Part shown: piece after piece, positions 11,901 to 20,253 of the stretch
Layout: each line of letters starts with the position of its first letter
Position numbering within the stretch: the stretch's first letter is position 1
IMG/VR virus record: IMGVR_UViG_3300037423_000611
Coordinates: 8,501 to 72,500 of that record
Strand: one strand, 5' to 3'
DNA length: 64,000 nucleotides
Source of the DNA: a virus
Lineage: Duplodnaviria > Caudoviricetes
Notes under the pieces: generated by a model
The model's database searches: none
Seen by the model: only the letters and a program-made list of their open reading frames with translations
Told to the model about the DNA's origin: nothing
Position numbers and translations under genes: made by a program

Positions 11901-12109
11901 GGATCTACAATTTTAATTCCTTTTAAACTTGAACCATTAAGCATTGTTTGTAACGATTTAATTTGTTGATTTAAATTTGCCAATGCTTTAGTATCAATTC
12001 CAATGTCAATTTTTAAGTCTTTAATTTTATTTAATTCAGTTTGTAAATCGCCTTTTATTCCATCTTTAAATTTCGCTTTTATGAGTATCGATAGATCATT
12101 ATTAGCCAT
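5927..12109 (-). CDS. Tail tape measure protein (TP901-type core) with an internal glucosaminidase/lysozyme-like domain; SPbeta YomI-like
   Basis: 2060 aa, coiled-coil rich. TMP core (GSVTRESGNVIGNSLKTIFSR). Muralytic motif AANKFGVDPLLAMAISMHETGNG...NNVGG. Ser-rich linker near the C-terminus. Confidence 0.93.
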   Translation of the reverse strand: MANNDLSILIKAKFKDGIKGDLQTELNKIKDLKIDIGIDTKALANLNQQIKSLQTMLNGSSLKGIKIVDPEYIEKLKQDGRDIKITIQDIENEYKKLGQVKIKTNIDEETGRIKNYNIELEKTNGIIEKMKYTPLYVANKNGSYDTQFLLSAKTILDQSDKLNEQLFQNELKYQQKKDQEAQKEFDNEVKLAKKAEAERESVLKEEQNIRKKLADLAIQEEQRKQNEIIKIQKDEVKQAEQLQKQSQNNTKSQEDLLIAAKQAQASYHGNIDTKQLENLVSRIREINPASVSAETELVKLRQELKLLKVDATETANSISGKVSHAISSMFLWSVGGGLVFGAQRALHSMLDTIKEIDTQMTQLSRVMDAGTNMNQILQGSLQISNELGKSLSDTNEALIGFAQQGYSAADALAMTHTAMLQTNVSELSAKESMDNLTATMISFGIAAKDSITIVDKLNNVSNNFAVDTKTLSDALSKSAATAHTYGASIDNVLGYITAIGSVTRESGNVIGNSLKTIFSRFSSDQSVNALSAVGVDVFDKYTGEVRKVDDIIKDLATRWNSLTSTQKENIAVAEAGRFQLTRFLALFDNFQIATNASEKSLKSFGSATQENERYLQSIEASINKLKTNWTELSLVVGGSGLTNIFRGTIDAVTSLTHGFTEFTKATDGWNVKLPIIAAGVYGLGKAIIFLSEAFKVAKLSAGWIGITLVALETLGASFMSVSKSADSSAQSLMENGLKTRETADNIDKLVQKYNELKPQAENNKQKQDELNQVMQQIKSIAPQLVESMGKYGDSLDINATKAKQFTDTLKKMSDEQLKNADLKNKLDLSIVNNDLEKNKKDIDEYESKMKNTSDDIYQYQQKYHVQAIEDAKTEYKERQKLYNQQIEDARKVGNTSLVDQLNDRSNQAYEEFGKYVSEISVYMSKAPELSKALQKQDDLLAQKKGIEDRQKAIEDFKNGVVSATDALKKNINAVQENDETSEKTSALGALTQRVEESSKEIDILNKAFTEMRDQGHISAETLDKLIVKHQDFASVLSKGKDAVIDYIKNAKEQNIKWIDDEKNKTDEYIDQLQKRINAANTQSTLMTEDERRRSGRVTELNNLNKQLEALKNQSTYLSSVKDALLADPKETNKSTQATDAYTLAINKLDIALDAIKNQLQDYPKYSEEYRKALAAEKKAIEDKIALAEKDLATMEKTGKAVSGKKLVQSNNGVTSASGKLGGNLSGYESTFVEAANKFGVDPLLAMAISMHETGNGSNTNYNNVGGMMTSSGKMHFDNLSEGIYAMVSNLARNYIQQGLTSISDIQKKYAPIGADNDPNNMNSDWANGVSKFYGQLGGITTGKDAVSDADFQKTLLERKKSIDQWKQELKNLDFEQVTSQLEEFEHANQLLDKDIEASNSHLFQYNNTSQEYRVELGKQIPLLKQKQDNLHLEAESIRNTLKANEEADEQHKLTAVQVDSLNEKLTELGISWWNYEQQISKIKVDQVESQLQAQRELIDSIDQEVNLHKTQRDLFDQTSQQYTDETQQILLLTSKKIALEQEYQKSIRNTLDTQKLSEDERKKLEKDLIDSQTKSFQLQHDINEEKSKIADEVIDAYKKIYEAQKKAAVDAIEEQVKAEDLRHKTYVENLEYEQKKFEDVVSAKLKLIDDQYSAEVYAQELAQKEKERQETQNKLNLLNLDNSPEGKKQRDELQKDLLKQDQEIQKLKHDHEKDIRKKTLQDILDTNKNEAEDKKKAEDDKYNATKDSLDKQKTATEKMYDDLIGDERKFAQIREQIMQGHLDSVMSDLNRFTSSLSGTMSGIGENIKNGLIDKLKEAQQNLAMLQQLNLQIQQQLQLPLQGGVSVGGASFPSDSVSVNSDGATTVLKDTVIDGVTIPAGTVFYNESQHNGGNYSSGSSSSSSEGSHSSSNSSSSGSSSSHSGSSSSDGVTQTSSGWSYGGNSYSNLSSALHAAGAKGYDTGGMTPSWGSDGKIALLHEKELVLNKFDTSNILKTVDIVRNLANYLRLPSLPTLSPSAAVGDGKTININITGNTISGDQKGADWLFSKVVTEVKKWGGNI

Positions 12110-12165
12110 ATAGCTTCTCCTTTCTCATTACAAAAATAAAAAAGAAGTGGCTATATGACCACTTC

Positions 12166-12540
12166 TTAATCCTCTATATTCAACCTTTTCTTAAAATCCT
12201 TTGACGCTTTTATATAATCATCTATTGATGATTGGCGTAACGTTTCGTTATGCCTTGCATTGGCAACAATATTTTCATTTAAGGCAACACTCATGTCTAA
12301 AAAATCATCCATAATCTGCTTTCCTTTTTCGTCTTTTCTTATTTCAACGTATTTCTTTGCGAAGACATCTAATGTTTGTTGTTCTTGTTGTGAAAGTTGG
12401 TCACCAGTTTTCATATGTGAATCCATAATTTTAATGATTTCTTTGGAGTCAGATTGTTGTAATTTTGCCACTTCGCTTGAAGAGCATCCTGTTAAAAACA
12501 ACACTGTGGATATAATTAAAAAACATATTTTATTCAACAT
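12166..12540 (-). CDS. Lipoprotein (accessory gene, possible superinfection-exclusion factor)
   Basis: Start ATG 12540 after GAGGTG RBS. Signal peptide with lipobox MLNKICFLIISTVLFLTG-C. Confidence 0.75.
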   Translation of the reverse strand: MLNKICFLIISTVLFLTGCSSSEVAKLQQSDSKEIIKIMDSHMKTGDQLSQQEQQTLDVFAKKYVEIRKDEKGKQIMDDFLDMSVALNENIVANARHNETLRQSSIDDYIKASKDFKKRLNIED

Positions 12541-12547
12541 AAATAAC

Positions 12548-12596
12548 ACCTCAGTGAATGGTATTTTAATAACCATTATATACCATTCACTGAGGT
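12548..12596. promoter_or_regulatory. Perfect 16-bp inverted repeat covering the lipoprotein RBS, with TATAAT in its loop
   Basis: ACCTCAGTGAATGGTA (12548-12563) pairs with TACCATTCACTGAGGT (12581-12596) across a 17-nt loop. Confidence 0.8.
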
Positions 12597-12607
12597 TTAT
12601 GCTATAA

Positions 12608-14284
12608 TTATTTAATCGTGGATAATTTACTTTTTAAACCTTCTAGGTCATTTTTAAGATCGCTTGGATAAACTGCGACAAATTTGTAACTAGGTAATTC
12701 TGAAAAATAATCTATTTTTCTTTTAGTCTTTTCTCTATAACCCTTAAATGTTTCATTTTCACTCTTCTCATTATACCAACCAAAATATTCTACAATAATG
12801 TTATTGTTAATAATCCAATCTGGAACATAATTCTCATTTGTTTTAATATTAAACCATTTATTTTTTTCTAAAACATTATTATAAAAATATTTCACATTTT
12901 TAAATTCTTTTTTAAGAAATTGATGGATTAAAACTTCATCTCTGGAATCAAATCGTTCTCCATCTTCTGAGTAAACCTTATTTATAAAATCTTGATGGTT
13001 AAATGTATTTGAATAAGCAAATGAGAATAAGAATCCTATATCATTAAATTTAACGGTTAAAGTTCCTAATCTATATTCATTTAATAATTTGTTGACCGGA
13101 AGTTTTGCAATATCTTTTACAGAAGAAACCAATTTATCGTCAATAACTTTATTAATAAACCAATCAATTGCAATTCTAACGTTATTGCCTTCATTCCAAT
13201 ACCCAGAAGGGACTTGTTGAAATTCCCAAGGCATCCACTTATGCGGATATAAAAAATTAAAAGATTGATAGGGAGATAAATTAAAACAATTCGCTAAAAA
13301 AGAGAAAAGCCCATATTCCTTAAATAAATTCTGTGAAACTATTTTAGGAATATCTTCTATAGAACATATTTTCCTATCTTCTATTAATTTACTCACTAAC
13401 CATTCCATTATTTCTTTTTTATTTTCATCACTTTTATAAAAGTTTTTGGGTACAGTTTTTAACTGCCATTCTTTATATTTAAAAGGGAATAAATAATTAA
13501 TAATATTATAGTTAGAAGAATTAAAGAACTTAAGATAAATTGAGTATAGATTATATTCTTCCATAATATTTTTGAAATTTAATTTCAGGAAGTCTTTATC
13601 ATCAGAAACTATACCCGATATATACAATTTGTTCTTGAGCCAGTTCATCGCCATTTCGATATTTTCTTCATTAGACCAATAATTGCTAGGAACTCTGCTT
13701 TTATTAAATTCCCAAGGTTTAAAATATCCATCAAAAGCTATTTCCAGTATATTGTAAATACCATAATTGTCAGTTAATGTTACTAGTTTATATTTTATAA
13801 ATAAATCCTTGTTGATAACATTTAATATGTCTTCACGTTTATTAATAATTCCATCATCTTTTAATTTATCAACGAAGCAAAATACTAACCCTTTTATATC
13901 TTCACTACTTAAATCATTGAAAAACTTATCAGGAAAACCTTTTAAATCTGAATTTAATACTTTTTTATAAATCAGAACTTTTTCCTCAGTGCTTTTCAAA
14001 CTCATAATTTCTTCTTTTTTATTTGAAATGCATTTAATACAACAGTCTTTATGAGTTGGATCTAAATTTTGGGTTGTGTAATTTCTAAAATCTTTATAAT
14101 ATTTTTCCTTACAATAATCACATGACACAAGCACATCTACTAGTGTTCCTTTAGATAAATCTTTTACATTGACTTCAAATGTGTCTCCCATCTTTGTAAA
14201 CGGATAACCTATAGAAACATAATATTCTTTGTTTTTACTATGCCAATTCACATTAACCTTCTGTGGTAATATCAACATTACCAA
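12608..14284 (-). CDS. Putative free-standing endonuclease: Zn-ribbon N-terminus, repeated 'VP..YW..E.N...A..W' units (DUF4046-like), C-terminal PD-(D/E)XK-like domain
   Basis: SCDYC motif; repeats PWEFNKSRVPSNYW, EWQLKTVPKNFY, PWEFQQVPSGYW; C-terminal DSRDE...YVPDWIINNNIIVEYFGW. Confidence 0.6.
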   Translation of the reverse strand: MVMLILPQKVNVNWHSKNKEYYVSIGYPFTKMGDTFEVNVKDLSKGTLVDVLVSCDYCKEKYYKDFRNYTTQNLDPTHKDCCIKCISNKKEEIMSLKSTEEKVLIYKKVLNSDLKGFPDKFFNDLSSEDIKGLVFCFVDKLKDDGIINKREDILNVINKDLFIKYKLVTLTDNYGIYNILEIAFDGYFKPWEFNKSRVPSNYWSNEENIEMAMNWLKNKLYISGIVSDDKDFLKLNFKNIMEEYNLYSIYLKFFNSSNYNIINYLFPFKYKEWQLKTVPKNFYKSDENKKEIMEWLVSKLIEDRKICSIEDIPKIVSQNLFKEYGLFSFLANCFNLSPYQSFNFLYPHKWMPWEFQQVPSGYWNEGNNVRIAIDWFINKVIDDKLVSSVKDIAKLPVNKLLNEYRLGTLTVKFNDIGFLFSFAYSNTFNHQDFINKVYSEDGERFDSRDEVLIHQFLKKEFKNVKYFYNNVLEKNKWFNIKTNENYVPDWIINNNIIVEYFGWYNEKSENETFKGYREKTKRKIDYFSELPSYKFVAVYPSDLKNDLEGLKSKLSTIK

Positions 14285-14289
14285 TCAAC

Positions 14290-14400
14290 CCCCATTGATC
14301 TATGTATCCTCCACATATATAAAAAGAGATGGGATCAAGAAGTGGAGGCCTCTCTTTACCACAGATGATCAGTCCGTGATTTCCCATCTATAAAATTATA
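14290..14400 (-). ncRNA. Structured 5' leader A (cis-regulatory RNA candidate)
   Basis: After TATAAT: outer stem AGAUGGGA/UCCCAUCU followed by a U-run; inner hairpin with loop CUGAUCA; loop CCUCCAC complementary to downstream GUGGAGG. Confidence 0.6.
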
Positions 14401-14431
14401 CCCAATATCAATCTACAATTCTACCAATCTA

Positions 14432-14644
14432 CTAAAATTCATCTTCACCTATTACATTAATGTTCTCAGACCTATAATCACATACTGTCATTCCCTTATC
14501 TTCAATCAACTTCTCAATATGTATATCCAAGCCTCTCGTCTTGCTATCAATCAGTTCTGATAAATCACTATTCACATTATGTTCGATATCAAAACTCAGT
14601 ACCATCTTAACATCCATAAATACTGTCGATTTTGCTAATTCCAT
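14432..14644 (-). CDS. Small acidic hypothetical protein (70 aa)
   Basis: ATG 14644 after a GGGAGG RBS; divergent from the RHH gene. Confidence 0.6.
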   Translation of the reverse strand: MELAKSTVFMDVKMVLSFDIEHNVNSDLSELIDSKTRGLDIHIEKLIEDKGMTVCDYRSENINVIGEDEF

Positions 14645-14822
14645 CGTTAAAACCTCCCTTGGAATAGTATTTCCTTCATGAGTTAATAGTAACATCATGT
14701 GCAAGCACCGTCAAGCACTTTATTTCAACTGATTGCACTTTTCAAATTTGTTAATATTTGATACAATAAAATTAATTAAAGTGCTTGCAACTTCTAGAGA
14801 GTACCTTAACCTTGGAGGTATT

Positions 14823-15008
14823 ATGGAAAAGAAAATGTTAAAAACGAGAACAAGATTTAGTAATTCGTTACGTAATGACTTACATGAAGAACTCCATAAA
14901 TTGTCTTCTGTAAGTGATATACCAGTGTCTAAACTTCTGGATAGAGCAGTGGAAATGCTATTAACTGATTTTGAATATCTGCCAAAGAAATCCCCTGACA
15001 AAGAGTAG
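14823..15008 (+). CDS. Ribbon-helix-helix DNA-binding protein
   Basis: GGAGG RBS; TRTRFSNSLRNDLHEELHKLSSVSDIPVSKLLDRAVEMLL fits the RHH pattern. Confidence 0.75.
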   Translation: MEKKMLKTRTRFSNSLRNDLHEELHKLSSVSDIPVSKLLDRAVEMLLTDFEYLPKKSPDKE

Positions 15009-15028
15009 GGGATTTTACATAAATAAAA

Positions 15029-15086
15029 ATACTCCACCTAAGACAATAAGCAGGAAAACCTGCTCAGTTCTATTAGGGGAGTATTT
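15029..15086. terminator. Long hairpin between convergent genes (likely bidirectional terminator)
   Basis: aatactcc.cctaa...agcagg aaaa cctgct...ttaggggagtatt. Confidence 0.6.
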
Positions 15087-16122
15087 AACCATTATCTTGT
15101 TGTTTCTTATTCTTCTCTTCTGCCATTTTACGCTTCATTTCTAATATTTTGTCTCTTGTTTCAGTTTTAGACTTTGGCTTGATGTAACTGGCTCTTGTTG
15201 TTTCTACTGACTTATGGTTAGCCATATCTGCTGCAAGTGCCAAATCTCCAGTCTTTTCATAAATTTCGTTAAGTGAGGTTTTACGAATACAGTGGCAGTG
15301 AAAATCTTCCAATCCTAATATGCGACCAATTTTTCTTACACGATCTTGGATTGTGCCATATGTCATTTGCTTGTACTCTCCATGATACTTTGTAATAAAT
15401 AAAGCATCGATTTCAAGATTATCCATTTCGGACTTTCTAATTTCCAACCATTCTTCAATTAAACTTTTTGTATTTTCCATAAAAGTAACTTCAACTCTAT
15501 ACCCACGTTTTTCACGGATCTCATTAAACATCATACTGTCCAAGTCCATTGAGGATAAAGTTAATTTAGATATTGCCCCAACCCTATTGGCACTTTCTAA
15601 CATAAGTGACCATATTATATTATCTTGGATGTCATACTTTTTTTCATCTAACAAACCTTCATTTATACGTTGAATTTCTTGATCGTTAAGATAATAGTGG
15701 TTAATGATTTTTTCGTCATTGGCACCTTTCATACGATCTAATTTCTTATCAAATGGATGGTGAGGAATCAATCTTCGTTTCATGCTCCATAGATAGAAAC
15801 TAGATACGGTACTAATTTTTGTATTGATAACCTTTTTATTATTCTTTAATATTTCTTGACAAAAATATATGTAACTCTCCATAATATCTACGGCATTATC
15901 CATGAACTCTTCACTATAAAAATTGATGTTATTCCATTCTTCGGCAATGAAAACCATGAAATGATTCATATAGTTTTGATATACTTTATAAGTGGTATCT
16001 TTTACATCGCGGTTCTTCATTATTGAACTTGTGAGGTATTTCTCATATATTTTTTTATTTTCATCTGAAATTAATGCCAATCGGTCAGGTGTAAAATATT
16101 TTATTTTTGTTACTTTAGCCAT
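15085..16122 (-). CDS. Tyrosine recombinase within the tail module (SPbeta YomM-like position)
   Basis: Catalytic pattern R (SANR), HxxR (HCIR), H (ANH) and Y (RASY). Confidence 0.88.
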   Translation of the reverse strand: MAKVTKIKYFTPDRLALISDENKKIYEKYLTSSIMKNRDVKDTTYKVYQNYMNHFMVFIAEEWNNINFYSEEFMDNAVDIMESYIYFCQEILKNNKKVINTKISTVSSFYLWSMKRRLIPHHPFDKKLDRMKGANDEKIINHYYLNDQEIQRINEGLLDEKKYDIQDNIIWSLMLESANRVGAISKLTLSSMDLDSMMFNEIREKRGYRVEVTFMENTKSLIEEWLEIRKSEMDNLEIDALFITKYHGEYKQMTYGTIQDRVRKIGRILGLEDFHCHCIRKTSLNEIYEKTGDLALAADMANHKSVETTRASYIKPKSKTETRDKILEMKRKMAEEKNKKQQDNG

Positions 16123-16146
16123 TCTTTCACCTCCTTATATCACACA

Positions 16147-16611
16147 TTATTTAATTTCATAACCCTTACTTTTCATTGCCTCTTTCAACGCCTCTACATG
16201 TTTACCACTTTGCTCTAAAGCGTCTCTCGCAGGTTCTACAAAGTGTCTAGGTTTTTCGTAACCATATCCCCATCTATCTTGAATTGAATAAGGATTTTTA
16301 CCTTCAATAATCGAAGCCACATAAACATCATCACCATGTCCATCTGTGCCTTCTCGTGTACTATAAATGGAAACGCCATTATCTACTGGTTCTGCTTCAA
16401 AGTTAGCAGGGTCAGTTAAACCACCATGCTCCATATGTCTCGTATATAGAGAACTAGGTGAAGGAGTGTAAGGTGTATAGACATTCTGTTCAATACTAGG
16501 AATTAGTTCATCCACTACAACTTTTTTAATTTTAGGGTCTTGTTGTAATGATTTTTCAGCATCCTTGAGAGCATATTTAAGCAATTCTTCTATAGAATTA
16601 AAATTAGCCAT
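16147..16611 (-). CDS. Putative tail-completion protein (HK97 gp10-like position)
   Basis: 154 aa; C-terminal PRHFVEPARDAL; synteny. Confidence 0.55.
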   Translation of the reverse strand: MANFNSIEELLKYALKDAEKSLQQDPKIKKVVVDELIPSIEQNVYTPYTPSPSSLYTRHMEHGGLTDPANFEAEPVDNGVSIYSTREGTDGHGDDVYVASIIEGKNPYSIQDRWGYGYEKPRHFVEPARDALEQSGKHVEALKEAMKSKGYEIK

Positions 16612-17110
16612 CTATATCATCTACATCATTATTTTCATTTTCATCAACCATTCCACCGACCTGCGCTTTGAACAGCAACTCACCAATCATCTCTTGTGCC
16701 TGTGGTAAGTTTTTACTCATTCTCTCTACAGCAGCATTGAGTTTCTGTAGTTCATTCGCATCATATGAATTCCATAATTCCTCAAATATATCTAGGTTTA
16801 TAAGGTTATGTACAGTTGCTACTAAGACCTCATGCCCACATTCGCCATAGGGTATATTTGAAAAATATTTCAAAGTCAATCCATACATCACATATGTTAA
16901 ATAGATCATCGTATCAGACGCATCCATTTTGCTTCCGTTAGTTTTGAGTTCGTTGATAATGGATAAATAGTCGATAAGTAACTTTTGTAATTGTAATGGT
17001 TGAAAATGTTCATTAATAATAAACTCAAAACCGCCAATTTCAACTTTACGTTTAGCGTTTAGTTTAGATGCTTCTTTACTCAAATTGCTTAGAGTAGGTT
17101 TTTTAGCCAT
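16604..17110 (-). CDS. Putative tail assembly chaperone
   Basis: 168 aa; GGAGG RBS; lies between tail tube and tape measure genes. Confidence 0.5.
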   Translation of the reverse strand: MAKKPTLSNLSKEASKLNAKRKVEIGGFEFIINEHFQPLQLQKLLIDYLSIINELKTNGSKMDASDTMIYLTYVMYGLTLKYFSNIPYGECGHEVLVATVHNLINLDIFEELWNSYDANELQKLNAAVERMSKNLPQAQEMIGELLFKAQVGGMVDENENNDVDDIDG

Positions 17111-17256
17111 AATAAATACCTCCTTGTGGTATGGGGTAGAGTGGGTATAGATAAAAGAAAAAGAGCCTACTGGTGAGTAGACTCTGTTTGGGTGTTATAA
17201 AATTATTTTAGTTATATATTATTTTATATTTACACTTGCGCATTGTGTAAATATAA

Positions 17257-18570
17257 TTATGAAGCATATTGTAAATACTCTTCTTTAACAGAAATATTAT
17301 TTTCCATTAATATTTTAGTTATAAATTTAATATCATGCCAAGGATCTTCACTGCTGATACGTAACATTGTATAGCCATGTTCTTTTACAAGTTTATCTTT
17401 TAGTTTATCGTTCTGCTGTGTTATAAGAAAACGTTCTTTTCCACCAAAATCCTTTACTGGTTCTCTATGTTGTCTTCCATCAAATTCAACTACTAAATTT
17501 AATTCGTCATAAAAGCCATCGCAAAATAATAATGAATTGAATACTCCTCTTAACCAATCCCATTTTTTCTGAGGTTCGTAATCTACCCCTGTAATCCTTT
17601 TAATTAAATCCAATACAATTTTTTCAGCCTTGTTACTTGTTGAATCAATTTTGTAACCATAAAACTTGCACAGTTCATACCATGATTTCTTATATTTTCC
17701 TCTATAACCACTTTCAGTAATATTTGATAACTGATTAAATAACTTTTTTGTCGGATATTGTCCATATTCCCTTTTACAATACTCAAATACCCTTATGAAT
17801 TCATTCTTATAATCTTCATCACTGTAAGTTGCAGACATACCACCTGTCAATTTTCCAGCTTCTTGTTTTGCTTTCTTGCCTCTTAGTTTATATTCTTTGT
17901 ATTCATCATCGGTAACAATTGCTTTAACAATTTTCTCATATTTTTTATTATTTAATCCAAAATGCGATTCACTAAAATATGCAGTGAAGGATATTTTACT
18001 ATATCTCATAAATTCACTATAAATAGGCACACCACCAATTAAGTCCTTAATTTCATAAAAATTATCAACTAACTCTTGCTCAGTGTAACGAAGTTTTCTT
18101 ATGTCGCAACTATCTCTAATACCATCTCTTCCTATTTCTCTGGTAATATTATCAGTAATATAAGGATGAGTTTTTTCGAACCTTTTTACATTCTGAGAAT
18201 TATTTTCATCTTTGTATTTTAAAAATTCATTGATTACATAAGAATGTAGTTGGTCATATTTACCATATTCTTTTACAATATCAGTCCAAGATATATTAAA
18301 ATAATTTGTATACGATTGCGCTTTAATCAAAGAAACTTCATTAAATCCTTTTGGAGTAATCGCTTGTGGAGTTTTTATAATACAAATAAGAAAATTATTT
18401 TCGAGTTCTTCTTCATTATATTTATTTTTAAATGTTTTCTTATGATGTTTATGTAAAGTTTCTTTCCTTACAATTTTTCTACAATACGAACAATACCTTG
18501 TTGCAATATCTACATCAAGCATTTCTATATTACATCTTTCACAGTTCTTACTTTTAATTTTCTTTGCCAT
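17257..18570 (-). CDS. Putative free-standing endonuclease with homing-endonuclease-associated helical repeats and a C-terminal Vsr/DUF559-like nuclease domain
   Basis: CERC/CSYC Zn motifs; repeats such as YSDEDYKNEF...YPTKKLF...SWYELCKFYG; C-terminal FCDGFYDELNLVVEFDGRQH. Confidence 0.7.
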   Translation of the reverse strand: MAKKIKSKNCERCNIEMLDVDIATRYCSYCRKIVRKETLHKHHKKTFKNKYNEEELENNFLICIIKTPQAITPKGFNEVSLIKAQSYTNYFNISWTDIVKEYGKYDQLHSYVINEFLKYKDENNSQNVKRFEKTHPYITDNITREIGRDGIRDSCDIRKLRYTEQELVDNFYEIKDLIGGVPIYSEFMRYSKISFTAYFSESHFGLNNKKYEKIVKAIVTDDEYKEYKLRGKKAKQEAGKLTGGMSATYSDEDYKNEFIRVFEYCKREYGQYPTKKLFNQLSNITESGYRGKYKKSWYELCKFYGYKIDSTSNKAEKIVLDLIKRITGVDYEPQKKWDWLRGVFNSLLFCDGFYDELNLVVEFDGRQHREPVKDFGGKERFLITQQNDKLKDKLVKEHGYTMLRISSEDPWHDIKFITKILMENNISVKEEYLQYAS

Positions 18571-18574
18571 TTTT

Positions 18575-18712
18575 ATCACTCCTCTGAATGATTCCTCTTC
18601 TACATAAAAAAATAGGAGAAACAGGTTAGAGGATGCCTGCTTTCAATCGAATTGATCAGATTCAATCTATCTCCTATTCAAATAATACCACCTTTATTTA
18701 ATTTAGTAAATG
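18575..18712 (-). ncRNA. Promoter plus structured 5' leader B
   Basis: TTTACT-17-TATTAT promoter; outer stem AAUAGGAGA/UCUCCUAUU plus U-run; inner loop CUGAUCA; loop UCCUCU complementary to downstream AGAGGA. Confidence 0.6.
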
Positions 18713-18730
18713 ATTATTTTACGTTTGTAA

Positions 18731-19498
18731 CTAAGTTAAGAACACTACATCATAGTAAACGTAGTCAGAACCTTGAGTTACAGCATACATATCTAATTCC
18801 ATATCCAATTTTGTAGCGTTCGTGCTCGAAAGCGCAAAGTTAAAATTAGGTTTGAATTTAGCATTGTAAATTGTAAATGCGCAAGCCTTGTCCGTACCAG
18901 TAACCTGATCTCTTGCAATACCTTCTCCGACAAGTTTCATAGGTTTAACAAACTTATTAGCTTTCATGGAGAATTTAGTGGCAGTATTAGGAGTTGCATA
19001 AGTATACCAAACTACAATCTGCTTACCATTATCTGCTGTATCTACAGTGATAGTTGTACCGCTAATTGAATACTGTCCTGCTGTTGGTGCAGATGCAGTT
19101 ACAGTTAATGGAGTGCCATTATCACGAGTGCCATCTAGATAGAATACAGAAGTAGTTGTTCCTGCCACTGGAGCAGAAGATAAAGTTGCCGTTCCACTAG
19201 CAACAGTTAACACTTCACGTTTTAAAACGTTCTGTGCTCCTGTTGCAACCGTATCTCCCATCAAAGATGCCATTAAGTTAATATCAACCAGTGGTAAAGA
19301 AAGTTTCATGCTAGAAACCTTTGAGTGGTCGAATGAAAGAAGTCTGTAATTCCCCTGACCTCCGGTTAAATCAATTCTTGAACCTTGGTTGTCTATCTCC
19401 GTAGTTTCCGCGTAATCGATATAAAAAAGCGGATCATTTGTTGAAAAATCTAAGCACTGTAGGTTTAATACTTCCTTTATCCCATATTGCATGGACAT
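18731..19498 (-). CDS. Major tail (tube) protein
   Basis: 255 aa, strong AGGAGG RBS, Thr/Ala-rich internal Ig-like insertion, synteny. Confidence 0.75.
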   Translation of the reverse strand: MSMQYGIKEVLNLQCLDFSTNDPLFYIDYAETTEIDNQGSRIDLTGGQGNYRLLSFDHSKVSSMKLSLPLVDINLMASLMGDTVATGAQNVLKREVLTVASGTATLSSAPVAGTTTSVFYLDGTRDNGTPLTVTASAPTAGQYSISGTTITVDTADNGKQIVVWYTYATPNTATKFSMKANKFVKPMKLVGEGIARDQVTGTDKACAFTIYNAKFKPNFNFALSSTNATKLDMELDMYAVTQGSDYVYYDVVFLT

Positions 19499-19521
19499 AA
19501 TGTAATTCCTCCTTATATAAT

Positions 19522-20244
19522 TTAAGTGTTTATTTTAGACGCTAGATGATTTTTTAGTTCAGATGAATTAGGGTCAGATGAATGTGGTAATAAATATATC
19601 TGAGTTTCATAATTCTCCTTCATCATCAAGCGAATATAAATCGTATATAATTGATACACTGTTAAATCCCAAACGTTGAACATGTTCAAATTTCCACTAT
19701 AGGTGGCGACAATGCTAATAATGTCTGATAAGTTCAAACCTTCTTCAGCGTTTTTTTCTTTTACTTTTTGCCTGAAATGTTTTAGTTTCTCAATTAATTT
19801 TGCTGCCTTTTCGTCATGAGGATTAAATTGTTCTTCCTCTTCTTTATTGTCTTTAATAAAGTTCTGTTGTTTAACTAATCGAACAATCTCTTCATAAATC
19901 TCTGGAGTTATAATCCGTTGATGATTTATATCTCCTAAATAAAAAAATCCGCCTTGATGTAAGTGGATTTCTTCTTTAAACAATATATGTAATGCATGGA
20001 TAATCACATTTCGAAATGTCTCATCGCTTAAACTGCAAACCATTAGCGTTTCAAATTTGCTTAATTTTTTACCTTCAATTTTTAAAGTTTCTTGATTGAA
20101 TATGATTGAAGAAAGATATTGATTATATTTTAGTTCACCAATTTTAGATATTTCATCCAACTTTAGTGGGTGAATTTTACCAAATCGATAAACTTCAATT
20201 GGTAGACCACGGAGCAACTTCAAATCCATATCATTGTTTCCCAT
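19522..20244 (-). CDS. Tail-region hypothetical structural/assembly protein
   Basis: ORF with AGGTGAT RBS in the morphogenesis operon. Confidence 0.6.
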   Translation of the reverse strand: MGNNDMDLKLLRGLPIEVYRFGKIHPLKLDEISKIGELKYNQYLSSIIFNQETLKIEGKKLSKFETLMVCSLSDETFRNVIIHALHILFKEEIHLHQGGFFYLGDINHQRIITPEIYEEIVRLVKQQNFIKDNKEEEEQFNPHDEKAAKLIEKLKHFRQKVKEKNAEEGLNLSDIISIVATYSGNLNMFNVWDLTVYQLYTIYIRLMMKENYETQIYLLPHSSDPNSSELKNHLASKINT

Positions 20245-20253
20245 GACTATCAC

